From NCBI GenBank assembly GCA_051881435.1, contig JBJEPW010000001.1, positions 3,869 through 67,868 on the forward strand: DNA of 64,000 bases. The letters run 5' to 3'. Within the stretch, counting starts at the first letter, position 1, and each line of letters begins with the position of its first letter. Shown one piece after another: positions 56,957 to 64,000 of this stretch. This DNA comes from Candidatus Fimenecus sp. GTDB lineage: Bacteria > Bacillota > Clostridia > Oscillospirales > Acutalibacteraceae. A program made the position numbers and the translations under genes. The notes under the pieces are model-generated. The model saw only the letters and a program-made list of their open reading frames with translations, was not told the origin of the DNA and ran no database searches.

Positions 56957-58500
56957 GAAGTAAAAAAGTTTTAATCAATTCAATATTCGGCGTGGCGGGA
57001 TATGCCATACTTATGATAAGCAATTTCGTAACCCGTTCCGTATTTGTTGACCAATTGGGACTGAGTATGGCGGGCGTGGATACAACCTTCAAAAACTTTT
57101 TGCAGGTTTTGTCTCTCGCGGAGCTGGGGCTTAGTACAGGTCTGCTCTATAAGCTTTACAAGCCTATTGAGGATAAGGATAACGCCGCGATTAAGCGTAT
57201 CCTCAATTTCTATAAGCAGGCGTATAAGGTTATAGCGTCAGTATTTATGGGCGGCGCAGTGGTGATTTCTCTGTTTGTGAATTTCTTCGTTCACGATACG
57301 GATAAATCTCCTCTGTATATTTCGTTCTTGTTCATTCTTTACGCCGCCGATACGGTTGCGTCATATCTGTTTGCCAACAGAAAGGCGCTCATAGTTGCCG
57401 ATCAAAATAACTATATAGTAAACAGAAACGACGCATTTATATCCCTCATAACGCTTATCAGTCAGGTAAGCTTACTGTATCTCACAAAAAGCTTTGTAGT
57501 ATATGCCGTTGTAAAAATTGTTTGCAGACTTATCGGCGCGTCGTTTATCGGCCATAAGTTTAAAAAGATGTATCCTCATATTGCCGCTGACCGTTCAAAG
57601 GATACAATAACAGGTGAGGAGCGCAAATCTCTCACTAAAAATATGGGCGCAATGCTTTGCCACAGAGTCGGCGGAGTGAGCGTTACCGCAACAGGTTCTG
57701 CCATTATTTCAAAGCTTCTCGGAACCGTTCAGGCGGGAATTTACGGTAACTACACCCTGATTACAAATGCATTGTTGCAGCTTGTAACGCAGGTGTTTAA
57801 CGGAATAACTGCAAGCTTTGGCAATATAATCACCGTTGAAGACGAAGAAACAGTATATAAAAGATTTAATCTTTTGTATTTCTTTAATTTCTTGATTCTC
57901 TCTTTCTTTACGGTATCTGTGGGAATTCTTGTTCAGCCCTTTATGCGGCTGTGGATGCACAATAAGCCGGACAGCTTGTTTAATATGAAAACCGTAATAT
58001 TGCTGTTGTGCTATTTTTATGTTTACGGTATGCGCAAGGTTATCTTAATGGCGAAGGACAGCGCAGGGCTTTACCGTCAGGACTGTTGGTTTGCCGTGGC
58101 AGAGGCAATAATAAATATAATTATGTCCGTGGTATTTGTGCTTAAATTCCAGAGCATCAACGGCATCATTGCCGCCAATGTTCTCAGTATGCTCATTATC
58201 CCTATGTGGACTCAGCCTTATCTCGTGTATAAGCATGTGTTAAAGCATAAGCTCCCGATTTATTATGTAAAGTGGGTTTTGTATGCGGCTGTTACCGTGG
58301 GTGAATTTGCGCTTACATATTTTGTGGCGGAGCGCGTTGCCGTTACGGATAACATTTTTGTTGAGCTTATAATAAGAGCTGTTTTTTGCGTGTTGATACC
58401 CAACGGAATAAATCTTGTTGTATTCATAAAAACTCAGGAAATGCGCGATATGATAACCTTGGCATTAGGCCTTTTAAAGAAAAAGAAAAAGGCGGAATGA
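56953..58500 (+). CDS. wzx: Wzx-type flippase (MOP superfamily), second copy
   Basis: 515 aa, ~14 TM. Confidence 0.7.
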   Translation: MRSKKVLINSIFGVAGYAILMISNFVTRSVFVDQLGLSMAGVDTTFKNFLQVLSLAELGLSTGLLYKLYKPIEDKDNAAIKRILNFYKQAYKVIASVFMGGAVVISLFVNFFVHDTDKSPLYISFLFILYAADTVASYLFANRKALIVADQNNYIVNRNDAFISLITLISQVSLLYLTKSFVVYAVVKIVCRLIGASFIGHKFKKMYPHIAADRSKDTITGEERKSLTKNMGAMLCHRVGGVSVTATGSAIISKLLGTVQAGIYGNYTLITNALLQLVTQVFNGITASFGNIITVEDEETVYKRFNLLYFFNFLILSFFTVSVGILVQPFMRLWMHNKPDSLFNMKTVILLLCYFYVYGMRKVILMAKDSAGLYRQDCWFAVAEAIINIIMSVVFVLKFQSINGIIAANVLSMLIIPMWTQPYLVYKHVLKHKLPIYYVKWVLYAAVTVGEFALTYFVAERVAVTDNIFVELIIRAVFCVLIPNGINLVVFIKTQEMRDMITLALGLLKKKKKAE

Positions 58501-58504
58501 CGAA

Positions 58505-59299
58505 ATGCTTAAAGCAAAAAAGCTTTTTCTCTTAGATATGGACGGAACAATTTACGAGGGCGGAAGACTTTTCGAGGGTGTTAACGAGTTCTTATCACAT
58601 ATTGAGAAAACGGGCGGCAAATATATCTTTATTACAAATAATTCCTCACGTTCTGTCAAGGATTATGTTATAAAGCTTTCAAATATGGGAATAAAGGTGA
58701 CTGAGGATAATTTCTTCACCTCGTCGCAGGCTACGGCGCTTTATCTTAACGAGCATTACAAAAACAAAAAGATATATTGTATGGGCACTCGCTCAATGAT
58801 AGCCGAAATGGAAAAGTACGGCGTTAACATTGTAACAGAGCCCGATGAGGACACCGATTGTATTGCGGTGGGCTACGATACGGAGCTTACATATCAAAAG
58901 CTTTGGGATGTTTCTTACCTTTTGCAGACGAAAAAGGATATTCCCTATATCGCCACAAATCCCGACAGGGGTTGTCCCACAGAGTTCGGACTTGTGCCCG
59001 ATTGCTTTGCAATATGCGAAGCCTTAAACTATGCGGCAAAGCGCAGACCGCTTTATATAGGAAAGCCCGACGGCTTTATGATTGATTATTGCGTTGAGCG
59101 CTCTCCCTTTACAAAGGAGCAGACCGTGGTTATAGGCGACAGGCTTTATACGGATATTGCCTCAGGGGTGAATGCAGGCGTTGATACAATTTGCGTTCTC
59201 AGCGGCGAAAGCACAGCAGAGGATATTGAGAAAAGCGATATAAAGCCCACATATGTTTTTAAGGATATTAAAGAGATTTTAAAGAATTTACAGGAGTAA
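58505..59299 (+). CDS. HAD-IIA (NagD/YutF-like) sugar/organophosphate phosphatase
   Basis: LLDMDGTIY, ITNNSSRS, IGDRLYTDI. Confidence 0.75.
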   Translation: MLKAKKLFLLDMDGTIYEGGRLFEGVNEFLSHIEKTGGKYIFITNNSSRSVKDYVIKLSNMGIKVTEDNFFTSSQATALYLNEHYKNKKIYCMGTRSMIAEMEKYGVNIVTEPDEDTDCIAVGYDTELTYQKLWDVSYLLQTKKDIPYIATNPDRGCPTEFGLVPDCFAICEALNYAAKRRPLYIGKPDGFMIDYCVERSPFTKEQTVVIGDRLYTDIASGVNAGVDTICVLSGESTAEDIEKSDIKPTYVFKDIKEILKNLQE

Positions 59300-59305
59300 A
59301 AAGTT

Positions 59306-59860
59306 ATGGAGTATGATGCGTTTGACGCGGGAATAGAGCTTGGGGGACTTAGAAATAGGGACGACATCAGGCTTCTTGTTTGTTATTTATTGAAAAGTGT
59401 TGATGCTCCCATGACAAGGCAGATGCTAAATGACGCCATGCAGGAGGACGGACTTGCAAATTATTTTGAGGTCGGTCAGGCAATAGAGGAGCTCTTGAAA
59501 ACAGGCAATATAACCGCAGATATTGCCGATGATGAAGAGGTTTTGTCCGTAACGGACAAGGGCAGAGAGGCGGCGGAGCTTTTGCAGACGAGTCTGCCGA
59601 GAACCGTACGCGAAAAGGCGGTTAACTCGGCTATCAGACTTACCACAAGAGCAAAAATTGAGCGTGAAAACCGAATTGAGGTAAAAAAAGAGGAAAACGG
59701 CGGGTATAATATCACCTTTACGCTTTTTGACCGTGATACAGAGCTTATGAAGCTTTCAATTTTTGTTGCGGACAGTCTTCAGCTTGAGCAGGTTAAGCAG
59801 AATTTTATTGATGACCCCGTTAAGGTATATTCAACCATTATTACCTCATTAACGGTATGA
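59306..59860 (+). CDS. hypothetical protein, DUF4364-like (winged-helix N-domain?)
   Basis: 184 aa, acidic. Weak recollection of the Clostridia-restricted DUF4364 family. Confidence 0.35.
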   Translation: MEYDAFDAGIELGGLRNRDDIRLLVCYLLKSVDAPMTRQMLNDAMQEDGLANYFEVGQAIEELLKTGNITADIADDEEVLSVTDKGREAAELLQTSLPRTVREKAVNSAIRLTTRAKIERENRIEVKKEENGGYNITFTLFDRDTELMKLSIFVADSLQLEQVKQNFIDDPVKVYSTIITSLTV

Positions 59861-60570
59861 TTGAAAAAATAAAGAACGACCTTTTGTGGCTTGCTCTTAC
59901 AAATCATTGCCCCTATTGCGGCGAAATTTTAGGCAAGGATGAAAAATTGTGTAAGAATTGCCTTGAAAATCTGCCTGTAATAAAGGGCGATAGATGTTTT
60001 TACTGCGGCGCGGGAAAAGACAGGTGCACCTGCAAAAAGCGTAGGCTGAAATATGACGGCGTGATTGCGCCGTTTTATTATGAGGATGGTGTTTCCGAGT
60101 GCATACGCCGCCTGAAATTCAGAGGTAAAGATTTTGCCGCATACACTCTCGCCAAGGATATGGCGGAGTGTATAGATAAGGAATACGGCGGCATAAGCTT
60201 TGATTTTATGACATTTGTGCCCTTTTCTTTAAGGCAAAAGGCGGAGCGGCCGTATAATCAGAGCGAGCTTCTGGCGCAGGAGGTTTCGTCATTTACGGGA
60301 ATTCCGTTGGAGAATTATCTCGTGAAGCTTTACGAGTCAAGCATTCAGCACGAAACGGAAAAGAATAAGCGCCGCGGAAATGTTTTCGGTATTTATGATG
60401 TTAAAGACGGCGCAGACATTAAGGATAAAACGGTTTTGCTGGTAGATGATATTAAAACCACAGGCGCAACGCTTTCGGAATGTGCCGTGATACTGAAAAT
60501 CAGAGGGGCGAAAGCAGTATATTGCGTAACTGCCGCTGTATCGGCAAAAAAGAAAAAGAACAGCACTTGA
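59857..60570 (+). CDS. comFC: ComF-family phosphoribosyltransferase-like protein
   Basis: N-terminal CPYCG...CKNC...CFYCG zinc-ribbon Cys pairs. C-terminal VLLVDDIKTTGATL PRT motif. Confidence 0.8.
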   Translation: MIEKIKNDLLWLALTNHCPYCGEILGKDEKLCKNCLENLPVIKGDRCFYCGAGKDRCTCKKRRLKYDGVIAPFYYEDGVSECIRRLKFRGKDFAAYTLAKDMAECIDKEYGGISFDFMTFVPFSLRQKAERPYNQSELLAQEVSSFTGIPLENYLVKLYESSIQHETEKNKRRGNVFGIYDVKDGADIKDKTVLLVDDIKTTGATLSECAVILKIRGAKAVYCVTAAVSAKKKKNST

Positions 60571-60595
60571 CAATTTTAGTTAATGCTGATAAAAT
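60567..60595 (+). promoter_or_regulatory. promoter of the T-box/valS unit
   Basis: TTGACA (60567-60572, overlapping the comFC stop), 17 nt, TGaTAAAAT (-10 at 60590-60595). Confidence 0.6.
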
Positions 60596-60601
60596 TATTG
60601 A

Positions 60602-60855
60602 AAATCTAATATAAAAACGCTGTGATAAAGAATAAGATTTGAATTTGTTGCTTTCAGAGAGCCGCCGGTTGGTGTAAGGCGGTACAGCAGTCAAATCGTC
60701 GTCGCTTTTGAGCGGTTTTGCGTAAAGATTTTTTCCGTTAAGCAAAAACGGTTTACCACCGTTAGAGGGTTTTAAGCGGTCGCCCCATGGGGCGGCAATT
60801 TGAGTGGTACCACGGAAGTTATTTCGCCTCATACAGTTTGTATGGGGCGTTTTAT
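60602..60855 (+). promoter_or_regulatory. T-box riboswitch leader, valine specifier (GUC)
   Basis: Stem I 60614-60719 with GA/K-turn, AGAGAG bulge (60656-60661) and specifier loop GUCGUCG (60698-60704). F-box CCGTTA. T-box AATTTGAGTGGTACCACGG (60797-60815). Terminator CGCCTCATACA-gtt-TGTATGGGGCG plus TTTTAT (60825-60855). Confidence 0.85.
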
Positions 60856-60870
60856 ATTGGAGGCCGGATT

Positions 60871-61377
60871 GTGAATTTGCCGCAAAGAAAGCATCCACGG
60901 TTGAAAAACTATGATTACGGTAGTAACGGATGCTATCATATCGTTATTTGTATTGAGAATAAATCTGTGCGATTATCTACGGTAGGGCGGGGGCTTGCCC
61001 CCGCCGCCGCAGAAATTCGTTTAACAAAATACGGACAAATTTTCAAAGAAGAACTTTTGGCATTGGAACAGCGGTATTCAATCGTAAAAATTGATAAATA
61101 CTGTATTATGCCCGACCATGTGCATATTCTATTGTCTATTGATGATTTTGGGAAAACGGCGGGGGCAAGCCCCCGCCCTACCGTGGATGGTTGTGTTCGT
61201 GTTGTAAAATCCATCTCTGCACGGCGTTTTAATAAAGTTGATAACACACCCGGCAGAAAGGTGTTTCAAACTTCATTTTATGATGAAATTATCGGTAGTT
61301 CCGCATATTATGAAGAAGTTTGGCGCTACATTGACGAAAATCCAATGAAATGGTTGATAACAAAACAAAAAATATAA
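60871..61377 (+). CDS. RayT / IS200-like Y1 HUH transposase-family protein (COG1943-like)
   Basis: GTG start 7 nt after [15 protein letters not shown] beta-strand, HUH motif PDHVHILL, Tyr motif [10 protein letters not shown]-terminal YIDENPMKW. Confidence 0.75.
   Translation: MNLPQRKHPRLKNYDYGSNGCYHIVICIENKSVRLSTVGRGLAPAAAEIRLTKYGQIFKEELLALEQRYSIVKIDKYCIMPDHVHILLSIDDFGKTAGASPRPTVDGCVRVVKSISARRFNKVDNTPGRKVFQTSFYDEIIGSSAYYEEVWRYIDENPMKWLITKQKI
60979..61184. repeat. perfect 28-bp GC-rich inverted repeat inside the RayT-like CDS
   Basis: ACGGTAGGGCGGGGGCTTGCCCCCGCCG (60979-61006) and its exact reverse complement (61157-61184). Each arm is also self-complementary. Confidence 0.95.
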
Positions 61378-61403
61378 CAAGTAAAAATATATGGGAGGCT
61401 ATT

Positions 61404-64000
61404 ATGTCCAAGGAACTTGAAAAACAGTATAATCCTAAAAATGTTGAAGAAAGGCTTTATAAAACCTGGCTCGACAACAAATATTTCCACGCTAAGCGTG
61501 AGGAAGGCAAAAAAACATATACCATCGTGATTCCGCCCCCAAACATCACGGGACAGCTTCATATGGGACATGCCCTTGATAATACCTTGCAGGATATTTT
61601 AATCCGCTATCACCGCATGGCGGGGTATGATACACTGTGGCTCCCCGGTACTGACCATGCGTCTATCGCCACCGAGGCAAAAATCGTGGAGGCAATGCGA
61701 AAAGAAGGCGTTACAAAAGAAGATTTGGGGCGTGAAAAATTCTTGGAGCGTGCTTGGGATTGGAAAGCTCAGTACGGCGGCAGAATTATTGAACAGCTCA
61801 AGAAAATGGGCTCCTCCTGCGATTGGGACAGAGAGCGCTTTACTCTTGACGAGGGCTGCAGCAAAGCGGTTAACGAGGTATTTTGCCGTCTTTATGAAAA
61901 GGATTTGATTTACAGGGGCAACCGTATGGTAAACTGGTGCCCTTGCTGTAACACATCCATATCCGACGCAGAGGTTGAATATGATGAAAAAGAGGGCAAT
62001 TTCTGGCATCTTCTTTATACCGTTAAAGAAACGGGAGAACAGCTTGAGCTTGCTACAACCCGTCCCGAAACTATGCTGGGCGATACGGCGGTTGCCATTA
62101 ACGCAGAGGACGAAAGATATAAGCATCTGCACGGCTGTCATGTAATACTGCCCTTGCTCAATAAGGAAATCCCCATTGTTTGCGATGAACACGCAGATAT
62201 GACAAAGGGTACAGGCGTTGTTAAGATTACTCCCGCCCATGACCCTAACGACTTCGAGGTAGGGCAAAGACACAATCTTCCCATTGTCCGCACATTCACC
62301 TATGACGGTCACCTTACAGGTGCCGAGGATAAACGAATTGCCGATGAACTTATTGCAAGCGGCAGAGCGGCGGAAAATGAGCCCGAAGTTCTCGATTGCG
62401 GTAAATACGCAGGTATGACCACCATGGAAGCAAGAAAGGCCATACTTGAAGACCTTAAAGCAGGCGGCTATATTAAGGAAATCGAACCCTTAAAGCACGA
62501 AGTAGGCACTTGCTACCGTTGCCACAGCACAATCGAGCCCATGGTTTCCAAGCAATGGTTTGTTCGTATGGTTCCCCTTGCAAAGCCTGCTATTGAGGCG
62601 GTGGAAAAGGGCGAAATTAAATTTATTCCCGAAAGATTTACAAAGAACTATCTGAATTGGATGAACGGTACTCGTGATTGGTGTATTTCCCGTCAGCTTT
62701 GGTGGGGACACAGAATCCCTGCATGGTACTGTGAGGATTGCGGCGAAATGGTTGTTTCCAAAGAGCATTTAACCGCTTGTCCCAAGTGCGGCAGTACGAA
62801 TTTCGTTCAGGACGAGGACACCCTTGATACATGGTTCTCATCGGCCTTGTGGCCCTTCTCCACGCTCGGCTGGCCCGAAGAAACAGAGGATTTAAAGCAT
62901 TATTATCCCACAAATACCCTTGTAACAGGCTACGATATTATCGGCTTCTGGGTTTCCCGTATGATTTTCTCCGCTCTGGAATATACAGGCAAAGTGCCCT
63001 TTGATACAGTGCTTATCCACGGACTTGTCCGTGACGCACAGGGCAGAAAAATGTCAAAATCCTTGGGTAACGGTATTGACCCGTTGGAGATTATCGACAA
63101 ATACGGAGCAGACGCTTTACGCTTTACACTTGCCACGGGCAACAGTCCCGGAAACGATATGCGTTTCTCCGATGAAAAAGTGGAAGCCAGCCGTAACTTC
63201 GCCAACAAGATTTGGAATGCGGCACGGTTTATCTTAATGAATCTCGGTGAAAATGAGCCTGCACCCTATATCCCCGAAAATCTTGCTCTTGAAGATAAGT
63301 GGATTTTGAGCAAGTACAATGAGCTTGTAAAGGGAGTTACCGAGTCTCTCGAAAAATATGAATTGGGTATGGCGGTACAAAAGCTTTACGATTTCATTTG
63401 GGACGTGTTCTGTGATTGGTATATTGAAATCGCCAAAATCAGACTTTCTTCTGAAGATGAAGAGCTTAAAAGGTGTGCAAAGGCGGTTCTCGTTTATGTA
63501 ATGTCCAACACATTAAAGCTTCTGCACCCGTTTATGCCTTTCATTACCGAGGAAATCTGGCAAACGCTCCCACATGACGGCGAAAGCATAATGATTTCCG
63601 CTTGGCCCGAATATAGCGATAAGCTTGTATTCCTTAACGAAGAGGCTGATATGGAAAAAATTATGACCGCTGTTAAGGCAGTACGCAACCGCCGTGCGGA
63701 AATGAATGTTCCCCCATCAAAGAAAGCACAGCTCAATATCGTAACAAAGGATACAGAGCTGTTCGCAGACGGTGCAAAATACTTTGTACGCCTTGCTTCT
63801 GCCTCCGAAATCGGCGTTTCCGAAACGGAAAGCGTGTTTAATCTTGAAGGAGCGGTAAGCGTTGTTACCGAGGCGGCAACAATTTATATTCCCGTGGATG
63901 AGCTTGTGGATTTCAAGGCAGAGCTTGAAAGACTCCAGAAGGAAAAGAAAGCCGTTTTAAAGGAAATCGACTTCTTGAATTCAAAGCTCAATAACGCAAA
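61404..64000 (+). CDS. valS: valyl-tRNA synthetase (3' end outside the window)
   Basis: Read by hand, not in the ORF track. [46 protein letters not shown] (HIGH), KMSKSLGN (KMSKS). Open to the window end. Confidence 0.95.
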   Translation, partial: MSKELEKQYNPKNVEERLYKTWLDNKYFHAKREEGKKTYTIVIPPPNITGQLHMGHALDNTLQDILIRYHRMAGYDTLWLPGTDHASIATEAKIVEAMRKEGVTKEDLGREKFLERAWDWKAQYGGRIIEQLKKMGSSCDWDRERFTLDEGCSKAVNEVFCRLYEKDLIYRGNRMVNWCPCCNTSISDAEVEYDEKEGNFWHLLYTVKETGEQLELATTRPETMLGDTAVAINAEDERYKHLHGCHVILPLLNKEIPIVCDEHADMTKGTGVVKITPAHDPNDFEVGQRHNLPIVRTFTYDGHLTGAEDKRIADELIASGRAAENEPEVLDCGKYAGMTTMEARKAILEDLKAGGYIKEIEPLKHEVGTCYRCHSTIEPMVSKQWFVRMVPLAKPAIEAVEKGEIKFIPERFTKNYLNWMNGTRDWCISRQLWWGHRIPAWYCEDCGEMVVSKEHLTACPKCGSTNFVQDEDTLDTWFSSALWPFSTLGWPEETEDLKHYYPTNTLVTGYDIIGFWVSRMIFSALEYTGKVPFDTVLIHGLVRDAQGRKMSKSLGNGIDPLEIIDKYGADALRFTLATGNSPGNDMRFSDEKVEASRNFANKIWNAARFILMNLGENEPAPYIPENLALEDKWILSKYNELVKGVTESLEKYELGMAVQKLYDFIWDVFCDWYIEIAKIRLSSEDEELKRCAKAVLVYVMSNTLKLLHPFMPFITEEIWQTLPHDGESIMISAWPEYSDKLVFLNEEADMEKIMTAVKAVRNRRAEMNVPPSKKAQLNIVTKDTELFADGAKYFVRLASASEIGVSETESVFNLEGAVSVVTEAATIYIPVDELVDFKAELERLQKEKKAVLKEIDFLNSKLNNA

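Noticed and set aside
61599-62312. 237-aa minus-strand ORF (and 62490-63736 minus ORFs) in the last 2.5 kb
   Set aside because: They lie antisense to an unambiguous valS reading frame (HIGH and KMSKS motifs). They have no RBS or recognisable domains, so they are shadow ORFs. The ORF track misses valS only because it has no stop inside the window.
1-64000. Scan for CRISPR arrays, tRNA/rRNA genes, integrases, toxin-antitoxin or known defence-system genes
   Set aside because: No regularly spaced direct repeats, cloverleaf-like segments in spacers, or recombinase/nuclease/ATPase defence signatures were seen. All large ORFs are accounted for by glycan synthesis or housekeeping functions.

Overview
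64-kb chromosomal window from a Firmicute, probably a Clostridia/Oscillospiraceae-type anaerobe. That assignment is inferred from the gene order pyrH-frr-uppS-cdsA-dxr-rseP-ispG-polC, T-box control of valS, hisZ plus short hisG, and TGnTATAAT-type promoters. Almost everything is on the + strand. Layout: (1) 5-1435, WaaL/Wzy_C-like membrane protein. (2) 1561-2596, rpsF-ssb-rpsR. (3) 2785-26040, a ~23-kb Wzx/Wzy-type heteropolysaccharide locus. It holds a small priming phosphoglycosyltransferase, an HpcH-aldolase + 2-hydroxyacid dehydrogenase pair, a UDP-HexNAc dehydrogenase/4-epimerase pair split by an AT-rich deacetylase + formyltransferase cassette, two GT2, at least five GT-B glycosyltransferases, three tandem EpsG/Wzy-like paralogues, Wzx, FnlABC/CapEFG-type L-FucNAc genes and a PNPOx-family protein. 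(4) 26339-28863, minus-strand GH18 + NahK-like N-acetylhexosamine kinase. (5) 29075-39138, housekeeping cluster ending in a PolC that lacks the proofreading exonuclease insert. (6) 39279-45416, his operon hisZGDCBAIE without hisH/hisF. (7) M20 peptidase, an orphan promoter/terminator unit, minus-strand uxaC, and yebC. (8) 49422-59299, a second glycan locus: GT4s, LicD + TagD glycerol-phosphate module, Wzy-like protein, Wzz-like protein plus a degenerate BY-kinase-like protein, a second Wzx, and a HAD-IIA phosphatase. (9) DUF4364-like protein and comFC. (10) A Val-specific T-box leader, then a RayT/IS200-like HUH gene wedged between the T-box terminator and valS. valS runs off the window end and is absent from the supplied ORF track. 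No rRNA, tRNA, CRISPR array, integrase or prophage genes were recognised. All functional calls rest on motif and homology recognition by eye; no database search was run.
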